This document shows, one piece after another, positions 1 to 8,136 of a stretch of DNA of 64,000 nt. Origin of the DNA: Candidatus Eiseniibacteriota bacterium (GTDB taxonomy: Bacteria; Eisenbacteria; RBG-16-71-46). Each line of letters begins with the position of its first letter. Position 1 is the stretch's first letter. The notes under the pieces are model-generated. The model was not told the DNA's origin and searched no databases. It was given only the letters and a program-made list of their open reading frames with translations. Both the position numbers and the translations under genes were made by a program. The stretch lies in assembly GCA_963776245.1 (NCBI GenBank), contig CAVZLN010000008.1, positions 192,001 to 256,000 of the forward strand. The letters run 5' to 3'.

Positions 1-585
1 ACCGAGCGTGCCGCACACCAGCGGCGCTAGGAACGCGCCCAGGTTGATGCCCATGTAGAATATGGTGAACGCCCCGTCCCGGCGCGGATCGCCCTCCTTG
101 TAGAGCCCCCCCACCTGCGTCGAGATATTGGGCTTGAAGGCGCCGTTGCCGATGATCAGCAGGATGAGCCCGGGGAAGAACAGGCGGGGCGACATCAGCG
201 TGAACTCGCCGATCGCCATCAGGACGCCGCCCAGGATCACCGAGCGGCGCTGCCCGAGCACCTTGTCCGCGAGCATGCCGCCCAGCAGCGGCGTCAGGTA
301 CACGAAGGCGGTGTAGAAGCCGTACAGCTGCGAGGACAGCGGCTGGTTCGCGAGCGGGCCGAACAGCATCTCCAGCGAGCCCTTCACCGCGTTGAACCCG
401 AGCACCTGCTGGCCGACATCGGGCTTGATGAACAGGAAGTTCACCATGTAGAGCACCAGCAGCGAGCGCATGCCGTAGTACGAGAAGCGCTCCCACATCT
501 CGGTGAAGAACAGCACGAACAGCCCGACGGGATGCCCCATCAGGGTGCGCTCCTGTGGGGCTTTGACGTTGACGGTGGCGCTCAC
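1..585 (-). CDS. POT/PTR family peptide:H+ symporter (MFS), 5' part; runs off the window
   Basis: Manual translation from GTG at 585 gives GHPVGLFVLFFTEMWERFSYYGMR (ExxERFxYYG motif), then GNGAFKPNIS and FYMGINLGAF, all POT signatures. Confidence 0.93.
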   Translation of the reverse strand, partial: MSATVNVKAPQERTLMGHPVGLFVLFFTEMWERFSYYGMRSLLVLYMVNFLFIKPDVGQQVLGFNAVKGSLEMLFGPLANQPLSSQLYGFYTAFVYLTPLLGGMLADKVLGQRRSVILGGVLMAIGEFTLMSPRLFFPGLILLIIGNGAFKPNISTQVGGLYKEGDPRRDGAFTIFYMGINLGAFLAPLVCGTLG

Positions 586-803
586 GATTGGGATCCCCCG
601 GGTCGTGTGAGACGGGCGTGCGCGGGAACGGTGGCGCCTCCGGCGGCCCCGTGGCCCCGGTGCGCGGACCGCGGCAGGATACGCATTCCCGAGGTCGCGG
701 TGAAGGAATCGTTATGGGCGTCCGTCACCGGAGGTGCGAGCGCGGCCGGAGACGGGACGGGCGCGGCGCGGCACGGCGCGGAGGCCCGGCCGCGCCCCGC
801 GGG

Positions 804-1526
804 TCAGGCGTGGACCGTGCCGGCGTCCGCGCGCAGCCGCTCGAACTTCTCCAGCGCGGCCGCGGCGATCAGGCTCACCGCGGCCTCGACCGAGATGCTG
901 AGATGGTTGACGATCAGGTCGTAGCCGAGCGGGTCGTCGATGTCGCGCCCGTAGACCTTGCGCACGAACTCCGCGCGCTCGCGGTCGGCGACGTCGATCA
1001 TGTGCTCCGCCTGGCGCGCGCCGAGGCCGTCCCGTTCGACCAGGCTCCGTACCCGCACGTCGCGCGGCGCCACCACGCGCAGGTGGAACCCGCCGAGGTG
1101 CCCGAGGATGAAGTTCGCGCCGCGGCCCACCACCACGACCCCGCCCAGACGCGCCATCGCCGTCAGGGTCTCGAGCAGCGCGCGCACGTAGTCCGACGCG
1201 TCCACCGAGTGGCCGGCGAACAGGGCCTCGATCCAGTTCGAGATCTCGGAGCGCGCGTGCTCGTCGAGCGACTCGAGGATGCGGCGCTGGTAGCCGGTGG
1301 TGGCGCACACGCGGTCGATGAGGTCGCGGTCGAGCAGCGTGTACCCGAAGCGTTCGGCGAGCTTCGCGGCCAGTTGCGTGCCGCCGCTGCCGCGCTGGCG
1401 TGAGACGGTGATCACCGGCTGGCGCACGGGGCGCGGAGCGCGGGGCGCGAACGCGGCGTTCGAGATCCGGCGCTCGAGTTCCCAGCGGCGCAGCTGACGG
1501 TCGAGGATGGCATCGGTGGACGGCAT
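804..1526 (-). CDS. Cytidylate kinase-like family protein
   Basis: PVITVSRQRGSGG, VVVVGRGANFIL and DPLGYDLIVN motifs; GGGAGG RBS before the ATG at 1526. Confidence 0.85.
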   Translation of the reverse strand: MPSTDAILDRQLRRWELERRISNAAFAPRAPRPVRQPVITVSRQRGSGGTQLAAKLAERFGYTLLDRDLIDRVCATTGYQRRILESLDEHARSEISNWIEALFAGHSVDASDYVRALLETLTAMARLGGVVVVGRGANFILGHLGGFHLRVVAPRDVRVRSLVERDGLGARQAEHMIDVADRERAEFVRKVYGRDIDDPLGYDLIVNHLSISVEAAVSLIAAAALEKFERLRADAGTVHA

Positions 1527-1729
1527 GGCTGCCTCCCGTCGCCACCGGGGTGCCGCGGGCGGTTCGCCGCGCCCGGACGCCACCGGGCGTCCGCCGCATT
1601 CCCGCGGCCCGCCGGGGCTCTCTCTCCGGGAACCAGCGTAGCACCGGCCGGACCGGGGCGCGACACGCGAGCGGCCCCGCCCGCATCGGCGGGGCCGCTC
1701 GCTCTCGCTCGGTCTCGTCCCGCCGGTCG

Positions 1730-4700
1730 TTACTCCTTCTTCCAGTCCGGGACGCGGCCCGGGGTCCACGGCGCGCCGGCGTGATCGGCGTCCCGCTCGA
1801 GGTCGCGCAGGTCGCCTTCGATCAGCGACTTCACCTGGGGCAGGAAGACGTCGAACGCGGCGGCCGCGAGCTCGTAGTCGTGCCGGTGGGTGTTGGTCGG
1901 GTCACCGGTCGTGTACCAGTGCCCGCTCACCACGCGCTGCACACGGTCGGTGATCGAGGGCGGCGTGGGCTCGTTGCGCGACGCCTTGAACGCGTCCCCG
2001 TCGAGCGTCACCTGCAGGTCCTTGAGCCTCGACTCGAGCGTCCGGGCGCGCGCGGCGAGCTCCGCGGTCTCCGCGCCGGGCGTCTCGTCGATCGCCTTCT
2101 TCAGGTGGGTGAGCCGGACCTGCGCTTCCGCGAGCGCGCGCGATGCCCCGAGGGCGGCCCGCTGCAGGCGGGCGGTCTTCTGCTGGAACGCGAGCAGCGC
2201 CCCGCGGTCCTTCGGCGGCAGCGAGGACTCGCCGAGCGTCGACACCGTGAACGCGGCCGGCCCGGCGATGGCGGACAGCCTGCCCTCGACCCGGGTGGCG
2301 AGCGACACGCGATAGGTGCCGGGCGCGGCGAGCGGGCCGGCGGGCGGCTGGTCCCACGGCGCCAGGTCGCCGGTCGTGAGGCTCACGGGCTCGCTCGCGG
2401 GGTAGCGGAGGTCCCAGGTCACGCGATGGAACCCCGACGTCAGCGGGCCCGTGACCCGTCGCACCACGCCGCCGTCCGGATCGGTCACGGTCAGGATGGC
2501 GACCGGGTCCTCCTCGCGCGACTCGGCGCGCAGGCTGTCCCACGACGGATAGAGATTGTCGCCGCCCTTCTTCGCGACCTCCTGCTCCTTCGCCTGGCGC
2601 GTCTTCTCGCGCGTCTTGATGGCCTGCCCGACGTAGTAGGTGAAGGTCGCGCCCAGCGGCGGGTTCGGCGCGGTGTAGAACGCGTCGCCCTGCGAGGCCT
2701 TGTCGCGCCCCCCGAGCGGCGAGCGTGGGACGAACATCTTCGCCGGTCGCACCGGGAGCAGCACCGTGGCGCTGTCGAGCATCGCCGTGCTCACGCGGCG
2801 CAGCGGGGAGAGGTCATCGAGGATGTAGTAGCCGCGCCCGAAGGTCGCCACCACCAGGTCGTCCTCGCGCCGCTGGATGGCGAGGTCCTTGACGCAGATG
2901 GGAGGCATGCCGCCCTTGAGCTGCACCCATTTCCGGCCGCCGTCCGCGGTGAAGAACACGCCGAAGTCGGTGCCCACGAACAGCAGGTCGGCGTCGACCG
3001 GGTCCTCGAGGATCACGTACACCGAGCCGCGCGCCGGCAGGTCGCCGGCGATGCTGGTCCAGGTGCGCCCGAGGTCGGTGGACTTGAGCACGTAGGGCTT
3101 GAAGTCACCCATCTTGTGATTGTTGAACGTGGCGTAGAGCGTGCCGTCGGCATGGCGCGAGGCCTCGACCCGGGACACGTAGGTGAGCTCGGGCACGCCG
3201 GTGAAGCGCTCGATGCGCCGCCAGTTCCGCCCGCCATCCTCGGTGACCTGGATCAGCCCGTCGTCGGTGCCGACCGCGATCAGCCCCTCCTTCCGGGGCG
3301 ATTCGCTGAGGGCGACGATATTGCCGTAGAACGAGGTCGAGGCGTTGCGCGCGACCGCGTCCACGCTCCACACGCGGTCCATCACCGGGAGCCGGTTGCG
3401 GTCGAGCTGCCGCGTCAGGTCCCCGCTCACCGGCACCCAGGTGTCGCCGCGGTCGTCGCTGCGGAACAGCCGATTGGCGGCGAAGTAGAGCCGCGTGTGC
3501 AGGTGCGGGCTGAGGATGAAGGGCGAGTCCCAGTTCCAGCGCAGCGGCGGCTCGCCCGGCTCGGGCTGGGGCTGCAGATCGAGCGTCTCGCCGGTCTTGC
3601 GGTCGTAGCGCACCAGCCCGCCGTACTGCCACATCGAGTACACCATGTCCGGGTCGGTGGGATCCACGCGGGTCTGGTAGCCGTCGCCGCCCACGGTGAT
3701 GAAGCAGTCCTGGTTGGTGATCCCGTGCTCGGTGCGGGTGCGCGACGGCATGCCGATGCTGTTGTTGTCCTGGGTGCCGCCGTAGATGTTGTAGAACGGC
3801 TCGGCGTTGTCCACCTCGACCTTGTAGAACTGGGTCACCGGCAGATTGGCGAAGAACTTCCAGGTCGCGCCGCGGTCGTAGGACTCGTACAGCCCGCCGT
3901 CGCAGCCGGCGATCAGGTGCTGATTGTCACCCGGCTCGATCCACAGCGCGTGGTTGTCCACGTGCTTGAAGGTCTCGCCGACCTTCTTCCAGGTCTTGCC
4001 CGCGTCCTCGGTCACTTGCATCCAGGTGTCCATCGAGTACACGCGGCCCTCCACCTTCGGGTCGGCGATCAGCTCCTGGTAGTACTGGGCGCTCCCGCTC
4101 ACGAAATCGCCGCGCTTCTCCCAGTGGCTGCCGCCGTCGGTGGAGCGGAAGCAGCCGCCGTTCTTGCGCGTCGCCTCGACCGTGGCGTAGATCGTATTGG
4201 GATCCTGGGGCGAGAGGCACATGCCGATGCGGCCGATGTCCCCCTCCGGCAATCCGGCGGTGAGCCGGGTCCACGTCTTGCCACCGTCGGTGCTCTTGTG
4301 GATCCCCGAGCCGGGGCCGCCGTCCACCATGGCCCAGACCCGGCGACCGCGCTGGTACGAGACGGCGTACAGCACCTCGTGGTCGCGCGGGTCGATCACC
4401 ACCTCGCTCACGCCGGTCCACGGGTCGATGTCGAGCACGCGGTTCCATGTCTTCCCGCCGTCCTCGGTCTTGTAGAGCCCGCGGTCGCCGCCCTTGGCCC
4501 ACAGCGGCCCCTGCGCGGCCACGTACACCACGTCGCTGTTGGTCGGATCGACGGCGATCTGGCCGATGTGCTCGCTGTTCTCGAGCCCGACCTTCTTCCA
4601 CGAGCGGCCGCCGTCCACCGACTTGTAGAGGCCATCGCCATAGCCCACCGAGCGCTGGCTGTTGTTCTCGCCGGTGCCCACCCACACCGTGAGCGGATGG

Positions 4701-5122
4701 CTGGGGTCGATGGTCACGCACCCGATCGAGTACGAGACCTGCTCGTCGAAGATGGGCGCGAACGTGGTGCCCGCGTTGGTGGTCTTCCACACCCCGCCGC
4801 ATGCGACCGCGACATACCACGTGTTGAGATCCGAGGGATGGATGGCGACGTCGATGATGCGACCCGAGGTGAGCGCGGGCCCGATGCCGCGGAGCGCGAG
4901 GCCGGTGAACGTGCCGCTGACAAGCTTGCCCTCGGGCGCCTTGGCGGGTTCCTTCGCGGCCCGGGGGGCCGCCGGCTTCGCGGCGGCCCGCGCGGCCGCG
5001 GCGGCGGCCAGCTTGGGAGTGGGCTGGGCGGCGGACTTCGCGCTCCGGATGGAGGCCGCGGCGGCGAGTGCCGGAGCGGCGATCAGGAGTGCAAGGCAGA
5101 CGGCGGCGATGGTTCGGCGCAT
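1730..5122 (-). CDS. Secreted BNR/Asp-box (VPS10/sortilin-like) beta-propeller glycosyl hydrolase-like protein
   Basis: Signal peptide; GPALTSGRI start motif; many SxDGGxTW Asp-box repeats; 1130 aa with a helical C-terminus. Confidence 0.85.
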   Translation of the reverse strand: MRRTIAAVCLALLIAAPALAAAASIRSAKSAAQPTPKLAAAAAARAAAKPAAPRAAKEPAKAPEGKLVSGTFTGLALRGIGPALTSGRIIDVAIHPSDLNTWYVAVACGGVWKTTNAGTTFAPIFDEQVSYSIGCVTIDPSHPLTVWVGTGENNSQRSVGYGDGLYKSVDGGRSWKKVGLENSEHIGQIAVDPTNSDVVYVAAQGPLWAKGGDRGLYKTEDGGKTWNRVLDIDPWTGVSEVVIDPRDHEVLYAVSYQRGRRVWAMVDGGPGSGIHKSTDGGKTWTRLTAGLPEGDIGRIGMCLSPQDPNTIYATVEATRKNGGCFRSTDGGSHWEKRGDFVSGSAQYYQELIADPKVEGRVYSMDTWMQVTEDAGKTWKKVGETFKHVDNHALWIEPGDNQHLIAGCDGGLYESYDRGATWKFFANLPVTQFYKVEVDNAEPFYNIYGGTQDNNSIGMPSRTRTEHGITNQDCFITVGGDGYQTRVDPTDPDMVYSMWQYGGLVRYDRKTGETLDLQPQPEPGEPPLRWNWDSPFILSPHLHTRLYFAANRLFRSDDRGDTWVPVSGDLTRQLDRNRLPVMDRVWSVDAVARNASTSFYGNIVALSESPRKEGLIAVGTDDGLIQVTEDGGRNWRRIERFTGVPELTYVSRVEASRHADGTLYATFNNHKMGDFKPYVLKSTDLGRTWTSIAGDLPARGSVYVILEDPVDADLLFVGTDFGVFFTADGGRKWVQLKGGMPPICVKDLAIQRREDDLVVATFGRGYYILDDLSPLRRVSTAMLDSATVLLPVRPAKMFVPRSPLGGRDKASQGDAFYTAPNPPLGATFTYYVGQAIKTREKTRQAKEQEVAKKGGDNLYPSWDSLRAESREEDPVAILTVTDPDGGVVRRVTGPLTSGFHRVTWDLRYPASEPVSLTTGDLAPWDQPPAGPLAAPGTYRVSLATRVEGRLSAIAGPAAFTVSTLGESSLPPKDRGALLAFQQKTARLQRAALGASRALAEAQVRLTHLKKAIDETPGAETAELAARARTLESRLKDLQVTLDGDAFKASRNEPTPPSITDRVQRVVSGHWYTTGDPTNTHRHDYELAAAAFDVFLPQVKSLIEGDLRDLERDADHAGAPWTPGRVPDWKKE

Positions 5123-5385
5123 CGGAGGATCCCTCGCGTGCGGGTGACGGATGCCGGCGCGTGGAGCGACCGCCGGCCGGGATGGAGACGGAGCGTGGGG
5201 ACTCTAGTCCCTCGGGGATCGTGGCGCGAGCATGCCGGCGGACGAGCGCGGCAGGCCGTGTGCACGAGCGCGGGGGAAGCGTTGCGCGGCGCGCTTCTGC
5301 TAAGGTCTCGGCGCGTCGCCCGGGCGGCCTGCCGCGCGCCCCGCCTTCGCCGGCCGCACCCACTTCACGCACCGGAGGGATCCTC

Positions 5386-6249
5386 ATGTCGAACGTGTTC
5401 CGCCACGCCACCCTGCCCGCTGCGCTCGCGCTGCTCTCACTCGCCGCGCCCGCGCTCGCCCAGTTCGTCACGCCGCGCGTCAGCCCCAACGCGAGCGTCT
5501 CGCAGACCATCGGGGTCACCGACGTCACCGTGAAGTACTGCCGCCCGGGCGTGAAGGGCCGCGTCATCTGGGGCGGGCTGGTGCCCAAGGACAAACCCTG
5601 GCGCACCGGCGCCAACGAGGCGACCAGCTTCACCGTCACCCACGACGTCACGGTGAACGGAAAGCCGCTCGCGGCCGGCACCTACGCCCTGCTCACCATC
5701 CCCGGTGAGAAGGACTGGCAGGTGGTGTTCAACTCCGACAAGGACCTGTGGGGCGCGTACGAGTACAAGCCCGAGCACGACGTGCTGCGCGTGACGGCCA
5801 CGCCGAAGCCCGCCGAGCACGAGGAGTGGATGCGCTTCGCGTTCGAGAACCTCACCCCGTCGAGCGCCGACCTGGTGCTGCGCTGGGAGACGCTCGAGCT
5901 GCCAGTGACCATCGCGGCGGACGTGAACGGCATCATGCTCGCCTCCGCCCGCGAAGCCGTCACCCAGGCCAAGGCCGACGACTGGCGCACGCCGTACCAG
6001 GCGGCGCGCTGGGGCTTCGACAACGGCCAGGCGCTCGAGGAGGCCGCGAAGTGGCTGGAGAAGTCGCTCACGGTGCAGACCACGTTCGCCAACCTCGGCC
6101 TCAAGGCGCGCTGGCTCGCGAAGGACGGCAAGACCCAGGACGCCATCGCCGCCGGCCGGAAGGCCGTCGAGCTGGGCAAGGCGAGCCCCGACAAGCCCGA
6201 CACCGCGCCGCTCGAGAAGTCGATCGCTGAGTGGGGCGCGGTGAAGTAG
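5386..6249 (+). CDS. DUF2911 domain protein with TPR-like C-terminal helices
   Basis: Signal peptide; PRVSP...QTIG...YCRPGVKGRVIWGGLVP...WRTGANEAT motif; GGAGG RBS. Confidence 0.85.
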   Translation: MSNVFRHATLPAALALLSLAAPALAQFVTPRVSPNASVSQTIGVTDVTVKYCRPGVKGRVIWGGLVPKDKPWRTGANEATSFTVTHDVTVNGKPLAAGTYALLTIPGEKDWQVVFNSDKDLWGAYEYKPEHDVLRVTATPKPAEHEEWMRFAFENLTPSSADLVLRWETLELPVTIAADVNGIMLASAREAVTQAKADDWRTPYQAARWGFDNGQALEEAAKWLEKSLTVQTTFANLGLKARWLAKDGKTQDAIAAGRKAVELGKASPDKPDTAPLEKSIAEWGAVK

Positions 6250-6265
6250 CGGCGCTCCCGCCGGT

Positions 6266-7972
6266 TCAGGCCGCCGCGGCCGATGCGCCGCGGCGGCCGA
6301 CCAGCGGCTCCAGCGCGAGCGCGAGCAGCACGACGAGCGCGCAGCCCAGCACGTTGTACCAGAGGAACGAGATGGCGGTGAGCCGGAAGCACGCGATCAC
6401 CGCCCCCTCGGCCACCAGCGCGGCGAGGAACACCGCCGTCCCGCCGACGCGCCGGAGATAGAACGCGGTGAGGAAGATGCCGAGGATGGTGCCGTAGAAC
6501 AGCGAGCCGAGGATGTTCACCGCCTCGACCAGCGTGCCCAGTCCGCTCGCCCAGCCGGCGAACGCGATCGCGAACCCGGTCCACGCCACGGTGGCGATCC
6601 GCGACACCACGAGGTCGCGGCGCTCGTCGGGCACGTGTCCGGGCAGCCGGCGCCACACGTCCACCACCGTGGTCGAGGCGAGCGCGTTCAGCTCGGCCGA
6701 GGTGGAGTTCATCGAGGCCGCGAACACCGCGGCGAACACCAGCCCGATCAGCCCCGCGGGCAGCGACCCGAGCACGAACCACAGGAAGACGTAGTTGTTG
6801 TCGTTGCCGCTCGAGCCCGGATTGGCGGCACGCACCAGCGCCGCGGCCTCGGTGCGCGCGGCGCGCACGCGCGCGTCGGCGGCGCGCAGCCCGGCGGCGG
6901 CGCGGGTCTCGGCCGCGGCGTCGTGCGCATGGCGCGCGGCGACCAGCGCCTGCGCGTCGCCGCGCCGCTCGGCGAGGGCGGCGGCGTGCGCCCCCTCGAG
7001 CGCGCTCCAGCGCGCGGCTCCGGGACCGTGGGCGGCGCGTGCGGCCTCGACCGGATTGAAGTGGAGCGGCGGCGGCACGAACAGCGACACCGCGAACACG
7101 GTGACCCCGAGCGCCAGGATGACGAGCTGCATCGGCACCTTGAGCATGCCGTTCACCAGCAGCCCGCGGCGGCTCTCCCCGACCGAACGCCCGGTCAGGT
7201 AGCGCCCGACCTGCGACTGGTCGGTGCCGAAGTAGGCGAGCTGGAGGAAGAACCCTCCCAGCAGCCCGGACCACAGGTTGTAGCGATCGTTCGGGTCGAA
7301 CCGCAGCTCGACCGCCGTGAGCTTGCCGAGGCGCCCCGCGAGGTGCGCCGCGTCCCCGGCGCTCACCCCCGCGGGCAGCGCGGCCAGCGCGAGCGCCCAC
7401 GCCAGGCCGAACGTCACGAGGATGATGAGGAACTGGAGCGTGTGCGTGTGGCTCACCGCGCGGCTGCCGCCCACCGCCGTGTACGCCACCACCAGCGCGC
7501 CCAGCAGCGCGCACGTCCAGCGCACGTCCCAGCCGAGGATCACCGACAGCACCAGCGCCGGCGCGTAGATGGTGAGTCCGGCGGCCAGCCCGCGCTGCAC
7601 CAGGAACAGCCCGGCGGCGAGCGAGCGCGTCTTGGAGTCGAAGCGTCGCTCCAGGAACTCGTACGCCGTGAACACGCGCAGGCGGTGATACAGCGGCACC
7701 GCGGTGACCGAGAGCACCACCATCGCCAGCGGCAGGCCGAAGTAGAACTGCACGAAGCGCAGTCCGTCGGCGAAGCCCTGTCCCGGCGTCGAGAGGAAGG
7801 TGATCGCGCTCGCCTGGGTGGCCATCACCGAGAGCGCCACCATCGGCCACGGCATCGCGCGGCCGGCCACCAGGTAGGCGTCGAGGCTGCCGCTGGCGCG
7901 CCCACGCCACAGCCCGTAGCCCACGAATCCCGCGAGCGTCACCGCCAGCACCACCCAGTCGAGCGCGCTCAC
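6266..7972 (-). CDS. Sodium:solute symporter family protein
   Basis: SVMATQASAITFLSTPGQG and YFGTDQSQVGRYL motifs; many TM helices; the GTG start overlaps the upstream stop (GTGA). Confidence 0.92.
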   Translation of the reverse strand: MSALDWVVLAVTLAGFVGYGLWRGRASGSLDAYLVAGRAMPWPMVALSVMATQASAITFLSTPGQGFADGLRFVQFYFGLPLAMVVLSVTAVPLYHRLRVFTAYEFLERRFDSKTRSLAAGLFLVQRGLAAGLTIYAPALVLSVILGWDVRWTCALLGALVVAYTAVGGSRAVSHTHTLQFLIILVTFGLAWALALAALPAGVSAGDAAHLAGRLGKLTAVELRFDPNDRYNLWSGLLGGFFLQLAYFGTDQSQVGRYLTGRSVGESRRGLLVNGMLKVPMQLVILALGVTVFAVSLFVPPPLHFNPVEAARAAHGPGAARWSALEGAHAAALAERRGDAQALVAARHAHDAAAETRAAAGLRAADARVRAARTEAAALVRAANPGSSGNDNNYVFLWFVLGSLPAGLIGLVFAAVFAASMNSTSAELNALASTTVVDVWRRLPGHVPDERRDLVVSRIATVAWTGFAIAFAGWASGLGTLVEAVNILGSLFYGTILGIFLTAFYLRRVGGTAVFLAALVAEGAVIACFRLTAISFLWYNVLGCALVVLLALALEPLVGRRGASAAAA

Positions 7973-8136
7973 GCGAAGGTCCGGGTGAGCCACAGCAGCA
8001 GCAGGATGAGGAACGCGAGCCAGGCGATCACCACGGCGTAGGCGCGCGGCCACGCGCCGAGCGGCGCGCCCGGCTCGGCGCCTCCCGCGCGCGGCGCGGG
8101 TCCGCGCGGCTCAGGCTCGCGCGGCATCGCGCTCAC
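7969..8136 (-). CDS. Small single-TM membrane protein (putative symporter accessory)
   Basis: WPRAYAVVIAWLAFLILLLLWLTRTFA; GTGA overlaps with both neighbours; alternative ATG at 8127. Confidence 0.7.
   Translation of the reverse strand: MSAMPREPEPRGPAPRAGGAEPGAPLGAWPRAYAVVIAWLAFLILLLLWLTRTFA

Noticed and set aside
1550..5533. Very long antisense and alternate-frame ORFs (e.g. 1550-5533+, 8289-10736+, 23351-26593+, 41294-44845+)
   Set aside because: These are Arg/Ala/Gly/Pro-rich shadow ORFs expected at this GC content, lying opposite well-supported genes.
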